Source: Eledone cirrhosa
Taxonomy: Eukaryota
Direction of reading: 5' to 3'
Length of the DNA: 64,000 nt
Assembly (NCBI GenBank): GCA_964016885.1
Contig: OZ024742.1
Span: 311,364,001-311,428,000, forward strand
Made by a program: the position numbers and the translations under genes
Shown: positions 38,068-51,934 of the stretch, in pieces
Numbering within the stretch: position 1 is the first letter of the stretch
Layout: the number at the start of each line of letters is the position of its first letter
The notes under the pieces: generated by a model
Database searches by the model: none
What the model saw: the letters and a program-made list of their open reading frames with translations, nothing else
Told to the model about the DNA's origin: nothing

Positions 38068-39625
38068 AATGAATGAATGGCTTGTGAGAGCTATACAAGC
38101 CATGTATAAAGAAACAGTCAGCAAGGTTACAATTAACAACGAATATAGTGAAGAGTTTAGCGTAAAAGTTGGTGTTCATCAGGGCTCTGTTCTTAGCCCC
38201 CTACTATTTATTATTGCCCTTCAGGCTATAACAGTGGAGTTCAAGACCGGCTGCCCATGGGAACTCCTATACGCAGATGATCTAATGCTCATAGCTGAAT
38301 CAATGGCCGAACTAGAGAAGAAATTCCAAACATGGAAGCATGGCCTAGAATCAAAAGGCCTAAAAATTAACCTGTCTAAGACTAAAGTTCTAGTTTGTAG
38401 GAAAGAAAATAGGGTGCCAGTTCCATCTGGGAAATGGCCATGTTCAGTGTGTAGGAAAGGAGTAGGTAGAAACTCCATTTTATGTCCCAAATGCAAAGTA
38501 TGGGTGCATAAAAGATGTAGTGGGATCACAGGTAAGCTAACTAAGAACATAGATTTTATATGTGGCCGGTGCTCTGGTGCAATAAGTAGCAACAAGTGCC
38601 CACAGAATACTAGCTCTTTCAATTGCACAGATGGTTCTATAGAAATAGTGGACAGCTTCCGTTACCTGGGTGACAAAATCAGCAGTGGGGGAGGGTGCTC
38701 TGAAAGTACAGTAGCTAGAGTCAGAACTGGATGGAAAAAGTTCAGAGAGCTTATACCACTATTAGCCGCTAAAGGGTTCTCCCTAAAAATGAAAGGCAGG
38801 CTGTATGATGCCTGCATATGAACAGCAATGTTGCATGGCAGTGAGACCTGGGCATTGTGTGCAGAGGATATACGCAGACTAGAGAGGAACGAAGCTTGCA
38901 TGCTCCGTTGGATGTGTAATAGTAATATACGTGAACGGCAAAGCATAAACGAACTAAGGAAAAAATTAGAAATAAGAGGGATCAGATGTTGTTTACTCGA
39001 GAGAAGGCTACGTTGGTATGGTCACGTGATGCGCATGAAAGACGACAGCTGTATAACAAAGTGCAGGGCGATAAAAATAGACGGTAGCCACGGAGTAGGC
39101 AGACCCAGAAAAACCTGGGACGACTTGATAAATTCCGACCTCACACACTTACACCTCTCCAAGACAATGTGACTGGACCGAGATCTTTGGCGCTACACAG
39201 TAATAGAGAAGACCCACCTTACCTAAATACAAAGTAAAACCTACTACAATCAGTAGGCACCTCTAACAAAATACACCCCCATCTCACTACCCCACCCCAT
39301 CCACACCACCCCTTTCAATGTAAAGTTATGTTGGTACCACAACATCCAGGCTGAAACAAATGAGGTCGTGTAGGTGTCACGACAAAAAAACACACAGTCC
39401 ACGCTGTAATGTGGCCGTGTAGGTAACACGGTAAAAACCTCCCAGTTCCACACTGTAAATGTGGTTGGTGTTAGGAAGGGCATCCAGCCATAGAAAACCT
39501 GCCAGATACAGTCCTATATGAGCGAGACACGGTCACCCGACCAACCTTGCCTCAAGTGGCACAACTCCCGTCTAACCCATGCTAGCGTGGATAATGGACG
39601 TTAAACGAAGATGATGATGATGATG
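38068..39625 (+). mobile_element. RTE LINE, 5'-truncated, with 3'UTR and (TGA)n tail
   Basis: ORFs 38069-38821 and 38828-39172 separated by one stop; YADD; (TA)n flanks. Confidence 0.93.
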
Positions 39626-39668
39626 ATATATATGTATGTATATATATATATATGTATATATATATGTA

Positions 39669-39699
<31 letters not shown>

Positions 39700-39720
39700 A
39701 TATATATATGTATATATATG

Positions 39721-40155
39721 TATTTGTTTAGCAAGATTCTTTATCTGAAAACATGTGTTGAAACCGATATTGTTATACTTTGGGAGGGTCATGTTGCCAA
39801 TAAGAAACACACGCACTACTTGCTTTCACTCCAATTTCTTATAAATTAAATTATAAATTTAAAAATTTATAAATTTCCGGCTGGTTGGTTGGCTCCACAA
39901 CCGGACGGTTGTTCATATATTGTCAAAGTTCTTTCGTCACACATTCTGTGACCGCTTCAGTGACTGGGGATTGTAGAATGTGTGACGAAAGAACTTTGAC
40001 AATATATGAACAACCATCCGGTTGTGGAACCAACCAACCAACTGGAAATTTATAGATTTTTAAATTTATAATTTAATTTATAATAAATTGGAGTGAAAGC
40101 AACTGGTGCGTGTGTTTCTTATTGGCAACATGACCCTCCCAAAGTATAACAATAT
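39721..40155. mobile_element. Fold-back PLE remnant (~180-bp arms, ~27-bp spacer)
   Basis: 39766-39947 versus 39974-40155; end resembles the PLE tail at 46100-46218. Confidence 0.75.
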
Positions 40156-41102
40156 ATATATGTATCACTTCACTTCATTTTACGTCCGCTTTTTCCCTGC
40201 TTGCAAGGGTGGGACGGGAACTGATTCTACAGCTGGATGCCCTTATACATACATGTATATATGTATATATGTGTATATATATGTATATATATATGTATAT
40301 ATCATCATCATTGTTTAACGTCCATCTTCGACGCTAGCATGGGTTAGACGGTTTTGTTTTGAATTCAATGAAAAGTCAATGAGCATATTACAGTAACAGT
40401 GTATAAATGCTTAAAAAGAAATGTTTAAAAAGAAAGAAATTTAAATGCCTCTAACGTTCCAGACTCTAGTTCTTTGTCAGAAAAGAATGAAAGGAAAACA
40501 TGGAAGAGAAAAGGATATCTTTAACTGAGAAAAAAAGTAGCAAAGACGAAAAAAAAAAAAGAAGATAGAGATAAGATGTGTTTGTTGAATTGCAGTTTCA
40601 GAGTCTGTATGTGTGTGTGTGTATGTGCATGTATGTATGTATTTTTCTTTTTTTTCTTCTGGGAGTGAAAGGCCCCAGTTGTCACAACACCTTTCTAGGA
40701 GAGGGAATCTCTGAAAAAAATCTGCGGCTTCAGAAGCATCGAATGATGTTGACCAGTTGTCCTTTTTGGGTAGTGTTTTTGACGCTCAGAGAGTGGGATT
40801 GGTTGAGTGCAAGGCCTTTCCCCACTTAAAAAACCTTCAAAGCACAGGCATTGCTTGTTCAAGATCTGTTACATGTTCGTGTGGCTGGCTGTAGCCTAAA
40901 AGTGCACCATTTTCTGTAATCTGACAAGTGATTGCAATACCCTTAGCAGAGTTTGCAGCCACCATGTATATACTGTACAAAAGAATGGGGTGTAAATCTC
41001 ACAAATTCAAGATGATTTGTAAGAAAATATAAACAGACTTTGTAAGTCACTCTTTATAAAAAAAATATATATATACATAGTTAAAAATAAATCATTGCTT
41101 AC

Positions 41103-41366
41103 CCTACTTTCGATAGTATAATTTTCATTCAGATAATGCTCAGACAATTCACAGATGTAATTGTGGAACTTCAACGATCGACAAGCTGAACGAGAGTTGC
41201 AGTTGTTGATGCAATTGTTTATATTTTGGGCTTGAAGTTTTGAGAAAGCATCTATATCGGTGAAATTATTTGCAGACTGAACTTTAAAACACAATGCCGA
41301 ACACACAGAAAGTTGAACAAGCAGTAGAAATAGAACAGTGGTTAATTGGTTGCTCAGAAATGGCAT
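41103..41366 (-). CDS. Host gene coding exon 1: signal peptide + PAN/apple-like domain
   Basis: ATG at 41364-41366; hydrophobic leader (TTVLFLLLVQLSVCSA); PAN-type C-x3-C-x5-C pattern (CINNCNSRSACRS...ICELS); ends AGG|gtaagc (phase 0); acceptor ...tatccag at 41380-41381 implies an upstream 5'UTR exon. Confidence 0.8.
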
Positions 41367-41492
41367 TATTTGATTTCAACTGGATAGGTATAAAAAAAAG
41401 GGTTTATAAATGTTCTAAGCTGTGACTTGATGGTCATAGAATATAATACTGGTTTAGTCATACATACATTTACTTTGCTTGATGCTGTAGCA

Positions 41493-41549
<57 letters not shown>

Positions 41550-41711
41550 CAAACAAACCAACAATAATGGATTTAAACTTAATTAAAAAATCAAATTCTA
41601 ATTTGTGTTGTGTATAATGGTCATAACGAGAAATATATATATGTATATATATGTATATATATATATATATCCTGTCTAACCCTTGCTAGAAGGGAAAGTG
41701 GATGGTAAATG

Positions 41712-41749
<38 letters not shown>

Positions 41750-42649
41750 TATTTGAGAATATAGAAAATGTATTTTAAAAAACTTTCTAATTCTTTTCTT
41801 TCTTTTAATATTTTTTTCTTTTGTTTGGTATTTCTATCTGCTCATAACTTTTCCGTTTTCTTATTTTTTTCTTCTTTACTGGATTAGTATATTGATATGT
41901 TATTTAACTGAGACTGGATTTATAATAATAAAATTATGAGAAAACATTAAAATTTAGTGACTAGAAAAATTGTCTTAGTCTCAGTACTAAATGATTGATA
42001 GAATAGCTTCTTCCCATAGTTTCGTCAATGTACAGTTAACTACTAATACTAACTCAGTAAAGAGCAATAGAAAATCATGAAAATGTTCGACTGTGGTTGC
42101 AATAATGATGAATACTAATTACTCCAGTGGTTCATGAAATATATACTTCCAGGTTTGTTGTTGTTTTTATTGTTGTTGTCTTATATATAAGGTTCATACA
42201 TTGTCTCTACCTTCTGTTCACAGGTCTTTCAAAATCAAATAATTAACTGATACTTCAAACAATGAAAACAATGAATTTATTTCATGTATTATTGAGTGTT
42301 GATCAGACAAACCCAAATATATCAATATCAATTCGTGCTATCATGCAAGTATGACATTGATAGATTCAAAATGTATATACTTAGTGGCAGTTATATGAGT
42401 TTCTGTTTGTTGTTGGCTGGTTGATTTGTTCATTGTGATGGTGGTAGTAGTGATGAAATGCGAAGTTGATTAGTGATTAGCTTGTTGGTGGAATAATGGC
42501 AAGTGGGTAAGTGAAGTTGGTCTTTGTGAGTCGAGAGAAGTTATGCTATGTTCAAGGAAATAAGAAATTGTACTCACTGGTTGTGGGGTACAGTGAGTGA
42601 TATAACTATGGGGAAGATCTGGGTGGGAAATGACTCTGGCGAGAGTCAT

Positions 42650-45310
42650 CATCATCATCACCGTTTTACGTCTGTTTCTTCCACGCTAGCATGGGTTATA
42701 CAGGTTGTCCTGTTGTGGGCAGTGTCTGGTCGGCTGACCATGCCTTGCTCATACAGGAACTGATTTGGCTTGATTTCTACAGCTGGATGCCCTTCCTAAC
42801 ACCAACCTCATTTACAGTGAGTGCTGGGTGCTTTTTCGTGGCGCCTACACGTCCACTTTACAGTGTGGGCTGGGTGCTTTTTTGCCATGGCACCTCCACG
42901 ATCAGCTTGCAGTGGGAGGGTGTGGGGGCATATTGTCTATATGCTTCAGCTTGTACCCATGGGAGGTCGGGTACTCTGTATTACTGCGTGACGCCAGTGG
43001 TCACGGTCGTGTGTCATCGCCCTTGAGAGGTATAATTGGGTAATGTCGGCTTTTATCACCTCATCCCAGGTCATCTTGGGTCTCCCCACTCCGCGGTTTC
43101 CATCGACTTCTAGTGCTCTGCACCTTTTTATGCAGCTGTCATCCTTCATACGCATCACATGTCCATACCAATGCAACCGGCTCTCCTGCACACAGCATTT
43201 GATTCCTCTTATGCTCAGAGTAGGTATCTTATTAGCTGACAAATGGGTAGATAAGGTAATATCCGTAAATAGGGTGAATGCAAGAATTGTTAAACTCAGA
43301 CAATTCCTAAATAGAACAATAAACACAATTATATCTGCATAAGCACACCAATCTGGGTTGACAGACAAACTCAAAGATAGGTTTTATGAATCCCTAATGC
43401 TCATTACTGCATTAACGGATGACAGAGACTTACAAATTATTCCAAGAGATCTGTGGATGGAGCAAGGCTACTGAGAGAAGGAGAGTGACCTGGAGGTGGA
43501 ACATTAAGGTAGATGAGAAAATTAAGGCCAAGAGACAGGCATTGAAAAAATGGAAGAACAGGGGAAGCAGGGTACACTACATAGAAACCAGGAAGGAAAC
43601 TAGACGAGAAGTATACTTAGCAAGGAGGGAGGCAGAGGATAAAAAATTCAAGCATGTTTTGCAGCATGATGACCTGAAACATGAGGTGTTCAGGATGTGA
43701 GGCAGTGTGTTGGGGAAAATTGTGATGTCATTGGTAAGAAGTGTGTCCAAGATAAAGGCGCACTTGCCATCACAGGCCCCAATAAGAAAGCTACATGGAA
43801 GAGCCGTTATGAAAGATTACTGAATGAGGAGAATGCATAGGAGAAAGAGACCCTACCCCATGTGGACCCTACAGAGGACCCAGTAGCAATGTAGTAAGTA
43901 AGGCAATTAAGGATATGAAGACCAGGAAAGCAGCCGGCCCATCAGGAATAGTTGCCGAGATGCTGAAAGCATCTGGGTCGGTAGGTCACACCTTAACCAC
44001 ACGTATTGTAAACCAAGTAATATAAATGGTGTCATACTAAATGATTGGTGCAGTAGTATCATTGTCAACTGTTACAAGAGAAAAAGAAATACACTAGATA
44101 GAGGAAACTATAGAGACATCAAGTTGATGAACCTGGTCTTGAAAGTAACAGAAAGAGTTACAGCACAGCTGATTAGGGACTGGATAAATCTAGATGAGAT
44201 GCAGTTCGGATTTGTACCCAGTAAAAGCACCACAGGTGCTTTCTTCCTGGTGAAGCAACTGCAGGAAAAGTACCTAGGTGCTCTACCATTCCAGTCTTTG
44301 CAGGTCCTCTGCACACAATACCCAGGTCTCACTACCATGTAATACTGCTGTTCATATACAAGCATCATACAGTCTGCCCTTCATTTTAAGGGAAAAACCT
44401 TCAGTAGCTAGTAGTGGTAGTAGAACGCTGAACTTTCGCCATCCTGTTCTTACTCTGGCTACTTTACTTTCGGAACACCCTCCTCCACTGCTGATTTCAT
44501 CCCCCAGGTAATGGAAAGAGCCGACTATTTCTATAGTATCGTCTGGACATTTGAAGGAGCAAGTATCCTGTGGGCACTTGCTACTTACTGAGCACTGGCC
44601 ACATATAATACCTACATTCTTTGATAGCCTGCCTGTGATACCACTATATCTTTATGTACCCATAGCTTGCATTTGGAACATAGCATGAAATTTACACCTA
44701 CTCCTTTCCTGCACACCAAGCAAGGCCATTTCCCACTTTAGCCTTTGACAAGTTAACTTTAAGACCTTTGGATTTTAAGCCATACTTCCAGGTTTTAAAC
44801 TTCTTCTCTAATTCTGCCATAGAGTCAGCTATGAGAGTTAAATCGTCTGCATACACAAGTTCCCAGGGGCAGCCAGTCTTAAACTCTTCTGTTATAGCCT
44901 GTAGGGCAATAATAAACAGGAGAGGGCTAAGGATGGAGCCCTGATGAACACCTACCTGTATGCTAAATTCTCCACTTAGACATTGTTAATTCTAACCTTG
45001 CTGACTGTTCATCTATACATGGCTTGTACAGCTTTCACAGCCACTCATCTACTCCTAGGTTTCTAAGAGCCCACCAGATAACGGTATGGGGGACTCTGTA
45101 AAAGGCTTTCTCCAAGTCAACAAAAGCTAAGTAGAGGGGTTTACATTTAGCTTGGTAATTCTCCTGCAGTTGCCTCACAAGGAAGAGGGCATCCATGGTA
45201 CTTTTACCTGGCACAAATTCAAATTGCATTTCATCAAGGTTAATTTAGTCCCTAATCAGCTGTGCGATAACTCTTTCAGTGACCTTCATGACCTCATCAA
45301 CCAACTTAAT
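42650..45310. mobile_element. Composite RTE: minus-strand copy interrupted by a plus-strand RTE fragment (43219-44281)
   Basis: Orientation switches at ~43218 and ~44281; RT motifs on both strands. Confidence 0.85.
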
Positions 45311-46211
45311 GCCTCCATAGACCTCATCATGTACTCTCGTTACGTAGACAATATTAATATAGTAATAAGAACACCCCCACAAGAGAGTACTAATAAAGAT
45401 AAATTAGAAAATACCACAATGGAGAGCATCCAGCTGATCCACACACCAGAGTATAACTGTAACAGTTGACTACCCTTCCAAACACCCTAACAATCGACTA
45501 TTAGTATTAGACATGGAACTCTGGATAAACGCTATAGACGAGAGGGCCCAAATTCTCCACTCACACTATGCTAAACCAATAGCCTCCAAATACCTGATAC
45601 TCAAAAGCTCAGCAATGTCCATAGTGCTAAGTTTAATATTCTGATCGCAGACTTGGTAAGAGTGATGAAGAATGTGTCCCGTATGTGCGACCCTACTGAA
45701 ATGGAAAGACACATCCAACATTTCATCTATCGCATGCAATTCTCTGGCTAAACACACAAAGATCATATACAAAGATAGAATACAAAAACAAAAACACATA
45801 CACTCAAATGCGAACAAACACACCAAACATTATACACACATGCAAATGCATGGGCATAGACAAGAAGAAATAAATAGATAAATTAAAATAAAATGGCGTA
45901 GACATACAATACAATACAATGCGAGGAAACATAATAGTACTACTGATAATGTTGTAGATGTGCAACGAAAGAACTTTGATAGACTATATATATATATTTA
46001 TATCTGTATTTTTAACCACTGGTCAATAAATTATAAACATTGATTGCCAAATAAATTAACTATGGAGATATAAAAGATACAGAAGCGAAAACCAACCAAA
46101 CAGTGAGTGTGTTCTGTTATTATTTCTGGCAATATTATTACAACAATGTGACCCTCCCCAAGTATAACGATATTTGTTCCGGTACACAATTTCATATCAA
46201 AAACCTTGCAA

Positions 46212-46218
<7 letters not shown>
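45311..46218 (+). mobile_element. Degenerate Penelope-like RT fragment with 3' tail
   Basis: YSRYVDN, LLVLDMELW, HYAKPIAS motifs; HHR-like CTGATAA...GAAA at ~45942-45985; ends in (TA)n. Confidence 0.65.
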
Positions 46219-46282
<64 letters not shown>

Positions 46283-46286
<4 letters not shown>

Positions 46287-47562
46287 AGCATGGCCTAGAA
46301 TCAAAAGGCCTTAAAGTAAACTTGTCTAAGACTAAAGTTCTAGTTTGTAGGAAGGAAAATAGGGCACCGCCGGTCCCATCTGGGAAATGGCCATGTTCAG
46401 TGTGTAGGAAAGGAGTAGGTAGAAACTCCATTTTATGTCCCAAATGCAAAGTATGGGTGCATAAAAGATGTAGTGGGATCACAGGTAAGCTAACTAAGAA
46501 CATAGATTTTATATGTGGCCGGTGCTCTGGTGCAATAAGTAGCAGCAAGTGCCCACAGAATACTAGCTCATTCCATTGCACAGATGGTTCTATAGAAATA
46601 GTGGACACCTTCCGTTACTTGGGTGACAAAATCAGCAGTGGGGAAGGGTGCTTTGAAAGTACAGTAGCTAGAGTCAGAACTGGATGGAAAAAGTTCAGAG
46701 AGCTTATACCACTATTAGCTGCTAAAGGGTTCTCTCTAAAAATGAAAGGCAGGCTGTATGATGCCTGCATACGAACAGCAATGTTACGTGGCAGTGAGAC
46801 CTGGGCATTGTGTGCAGAGGATCTACGCAGACTGGAGAGAAACGAAGCTTGCATGCTCCGTTGGATGTGTAATAGTAATATACGTGAACGGCAAAGCATA
46901 AACGAACTAAGGGAGAAATTAGGAATAAGAGAGATCAGATGTTGTTTACTCGAGAGAAGACTTCATTGGTACAGTCACGTGATGCGCATGAAAGACGACA
47001 GCTGTATAAAAAAGTACAGGGCGATAAAAATAGACGGTAGCCACGGAGTAGGCAGACCCAGAAAAACCTGGGACGACTTGATAAATTCCGACCTCACACA
47101 CTTACACCTCTCCAAGACAATGTCACTGGACCGAGATCTTTGGCGCTACGCAGTAATACAGAAGACCCGCCTTGCCTAAGTACAAAGCTAAACCTACAGT
47201 AAGTAGGCACCTCTAACAAAATACACCCCCGTCCCACTACCCCACCCCATCCACACCACCCCCTTAAATGTGAAGTTATGTTGGTACCACAACATCCAGT
47301 CCGAAACAAATGAGGTTGTGTAGGTGTCACGACAAAAAAACACACAGTCCACGCTGTAATGTGGCCGTGTAGGTAACACGGTAAAAACCACCCAGTCCAC
47401 ACTGTAAACGTGGTTGGTGTTAGGAAGGGCTTTCAGCCGTAGAAAACCCGCCAGACAGTCCTATACGAGCAGGACAACAAATCTTGCCCCAAGTGGGAAA
47501 ACTCCCGTCCAAACCAATGCTAGCGTGGAAGATGGACGTTAAACGATGATGATGATGATGAT
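46283..47562 (+). mobile_element. RTE LINE, 5'-truncated, young
   Basis: Stop-free C-terminal ORF to 47179; 3'UTR; (TGA)n tail. Confidence 0.93.
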
Positions 47563-47639
47563 ATATATGTATATATCTTAATCTTCTTTGCTCACTTATT
47601 CCTGAGAGGGTTATGGAGGAAGAGACTTCAATCACTCCT

Positions 47640-48065
47640 TGCAGTGGGTTCTGTCAAAAGCAACCATCTCCAAATGATCTGGCTGGATCCCCAAGCGAGA
47701 CCAGCCAAGCTTGGGGTCTACTCCTGGGTCTCATGTCGGTTGATTTTGCCCATAAAATCTGTCCAATGATCTTTCCTCAGACATTCTAACCACATGCCCA
47801 TAGTATCGGAGCTGTAATCTCTCAATTCAGAGAAGTAGCAACTCTACTTGGAATGACTCTGATCTCCAAGCTATGCACTTTATCGAGTAATGCTTGTATT
47901 CGTGATCATATTCTTTCGGTCATTACCCAAGATTCCATAGGTAAGAGTTGGCACAAAAATCAAAATGAAAACAGTGAGTTTGGCTTTTACACCTACCTCC
48001 CTTCTTCTGATTACTGAATGCTGAAGCTAGTGGATTGCTGCACTTAATTCAGCCTTCTGCCTTCT
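47640..48065 (-). mobile_element. Degenerate RTE-like 3' fragment, other family
   Basis: Minus-strand remnants resembling LRYYGHVVRM. Confidence 0.5.
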
Positions 48066-48089
48066 ATCACTCGTGAACACAACCCCGAG

Positions 48090-48130
<41 letters not shown>

Positions 48131-49139
48131 ATGTTGAAAAGGTAACACACCAGAGAGAGATATACAGTGCGTTATCAATAATGCAGGGAAAGAACCACCA
48201 GTGCATGGAATCTATAACCTATGAAAGGCAGACTATAGACACGATAATTAAAAATATAAATAAAGCATAAATAAATACCTCTATAACTATATAATACACG
48301 TACAAATCCAAAGATATGTTTCACCAAAAATTTGTTGAAAGAAATGGTCTAGTCTCGGTTCATGCCTCCGTTAATTTATCGTGATATATATTTATATTTA
48401 TAGTAATAATGGTTTCTTATATAGGCACAAGGCCAGTAATTTGGGGGGATGGGAAAGTCGATTAAATCGACCTCAGTATGTTACTGGTGCTTTATTTTAT
48501 CGATTCCGTAAGGATGAGAAGCAAAGTTAACCTTGGTGGGATTTGAACTCAGACCGTAAAGGACCGTAACTCTATGTTGCAAAGCATGGCGTCCGACCCT
48601 CTACTGACACTGCCCTTATATTTATAGTAATAATAATAAATGTGAAGACTAAAATCTGAAGAGGGTTCGATAAGGATAATATATATATATAAATATATAT
48701 AAAAACCGTAGAGCAAATATTTATTAAAACAAAAATCTGTTATTTTAATAAATATTTATATTTATATATATTTGCACCGAAACATATATATATATCATTG
48801 TCATTTTATGGCTATATTTCATGCTGGCTTTGGTTGGGTATGTGACCAAGTCAGTCAATACTTAATCACAGGTACTGTTCTTTTAGATGGGTTGAGGTTC
48901 AAACACATGTACACACACACAAGCACACACAGACATATATATATAAGTATATATATATATATATATAAAATTAGCACATAAATGTAAGTATACATTCCTA
49001 CAAACATATATATACATGACCCCAAAAAATGTTGATTGTTCCTCAATGCCACTGTTCAACAAACGGATGATGATTGGTCATCAACGCACAGCACAGCTTT
49101 GTCGGGCCGTTTGTTTGCAGACAAATTGGATATCATTAA

Positions 49140-49354
49140 CCCTTTAGCATTTAAACCGGCCATATCCGGTCAGAATTCTCTCACCTATTTCTGTTCAAAC
49201 CGACTGTAACTGGCCATTCATACACATGTTAAGGTATTGTTCTCAAAATAAATAATATCAAGATCTCATAGATTGAATATTATGTGAGATAATTATGTGA
49301 GGTAAAGTCTTTACCACAAAAATACAATAGTATATCTAGAGTAATGCTAAAGGG
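49140..49354 (-). mobile_element. piggyBac-like MITE, reverse orientation
   Basis: TTAA|CCCTTTAGCATT ... AATGCTAAAGGG|TCAA. Confidence 0.78.
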
Positions 49355-49401
49355 TCAATGTTCGATATAACCCATATGTATATATATATATGTGAGTGTG
49401 T

Positions 49402-51289
49402 ATCATCATCATCGTTTAACGTCCATCTTCCATGCTAGCATGGGTCTGGACGGGAATTGTCCCACTTGAGGCAAGATTGTCTTTCTCGGGACTGTCTGGC
49501 AGGTTTTCTATGGCTGGATGCCCTTCCTAACACCAACCACATTTACAGTGTGGACTGCGAGGTTTTTACCGTGTTACCTACACGGCCACATTACAGCGTG
49601 GACTGTGTGTTTTTTTGTCGTGACACCTACACGATCTCATTTGTTTCGGCCTGGATGGTGTGGCACCAACATAGCTTTACATCGAAAGGGGTGGTGTAGA
49701 TGGCGGTGGGGTAGGGGTAGTGGGACGGGGATGTATTTTTGTTAAGAGGTGCCTACTGACTGTAGGTTTCGCTTTGTACTTAGGCAAGGCGGGTCTTCTG
49801 TATAACTGTGTAACGCCAAAGATCTCAGTCCAGTGACATTGTCTTGGAGAGGTGTAAGTGTGTAAGGTCGGAATTTATCAAGTCATCCCAGGTTTTTCTG
49901 GGTCTGCCTACTCCGTGGTTACTGTCTATTTTTATCGCCCTGCACTTTTTTTATACAGCTGTCGTCTTTCACGCGCATCACGTGACCGTACCAACGAAGT
50001 CTTCTCTCAAGTAAACAGCATCTGATGCCTCTTATTCCTAATTTCTCATTTAGTTCATTTATGCTTTGCCGTTCACGTATATTACTATTACACATCCAAC
50101 GGAGCATGCTAGCTTTGTTCCTCTCCAGTCTGCGTAGATCCTCTGCACACAAGGCCCATGTCTCACTGCCATGTAACATCGCTGTTCGTATGCAGGCATC
50201 ATACATCCTGCCTTTCATTTTTAGAGAGAAACTCTTAGCGGCCAATAGTGGTATAAGCTCTCTGAACTTTTTCCATCCCGTTCTGACTCTAGCTACAGTA
50301 CTTTCGGAGCACCCTCCACCGCTGCTGATTTTGTCACCCAGGTAACGGAAGGTGTCTACTATTTCTATAGAACCATCTGTGCAATGGAATGAGCTAGTAT
50401 TCTGTGGGAATTTGCTGCTACTTATTGCACCAGAACACCGGCGACATATAAAATCTATATTCTTAGTTAGCTTACCTGTGATCCCACTACATCTTTTATG
50501 CACCCATACTTTGCATTTGGGACATAAAATGGAGTTTCTGCTTACTCCTTTCCTACACACTGAGCATGGCCATTTCCCAGATGGGACCAGTGCCCTATTC
50601 TCCTTCCTACATATTAGAACTTTAGTCTTAGACAAGTTAATTTTAAGGGCTTTTGATTCTAGGCCATGTTTCCATGTTTGGAATTTCTTCTCAAGTTCAG
50701 CCATTGATTCGGCTATGAACGTTAGATCATCTGCGTATAGAAGTTCCCATGGACAGCCGGTCTTGAACTCCTCTGTTATAGCTTGGAGGGCGCTAATAAA
50801 TAGGAGGGGGCTAAGGACGGAGCCCTGATGAACACCAACTTTTACGCTAAACTCTTCACTATATTCGTTGTTAATTGTAACCTTGCTGACTGTTTCTTTA
50901 TACATGGCTTGTATAGCTCTCACAAGCCATTCATCAACCCCTAGTTTTCTAAGGGCTCACCAGATGATGGCGCGGGGGACTCTGTCAAAGGCTTTCTCCA
51001 AGTCAACGAAAGCTAAGTATAGGGGTTTACTTTTAGCTAGGTACTTCTCCTGTAGTTGTCGTACAATGAAAAGAGCGTCTGTGGTACTTTTACCTGACAA
51101 ACCTGAACTGCATTTCATCTAGATCAATTCGCTCTCTGATTAGTTGCGCTATTAATTTTTCTGTGACCTTCATGACCTGGTCTATTAATTTAATGCCTCT
51201 ATAGTTACTCCTATCTAGGGCATATCCTTTACCCTTGCAGCAGTTAATGATGCTGCTGCTACGCCAGTCCTTTGGTACGACCCCATTCT
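49402..51289 (-). mobile_element. RTE LINE, 5'-truncated
   Basis: ORF 49919-50923 with YADD; 3'UTR and tail. Confidence 0.93.
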
Positions 51290-51290
51290 A

Positions 51291-51343
<53 letters not shown>

Positions 51344-51625
51344 ATAATAATAAAATTGAAGACTAAAATCCAAAGAGGGCTCGATAAGGAAAATATATAT
51401 CAATTGTTTTTCACCGCTCCTATTAATGACGTATTATTCGTTTTTTCCCGTTCTTTGCCAGCGAACGTTTCCACGAACCAAAGTATCGTCTTCCTGTCTT
51501 CCTCCGGTTGCAACGTTTTTTTAAATATCCAGTTCTGCGTTTACAGATTGACTTTGTTAGTTTCAGAAGATCCTGTTAAGGGTGAAAGCAGCGATTCTTT
51601 GCTTAAACTTTAATCTGTTATTTTA

Positions 51626-51700
<75 letters not shown>

Positions 51701-51753
51701 TATATATATATGTGTGTACGTATGCATACTTACAAACACATATATATATGTAT

Positions 51754-51787
<34 letters not shown>

Positions 51788-51934
51788 CTGTTTAGCGTCC
51801 ATTTTCCATGGGTTAGACAGGTCAGCCACATCGAGAGATAAGTCTGGCCAGAATTGTTCAAGCCATACTTTGCTTCGACGGGATTGTCTGGGGATTTTAT
51901 AGCTGGATGCCCTTCTCAACACCAACCACATTTA

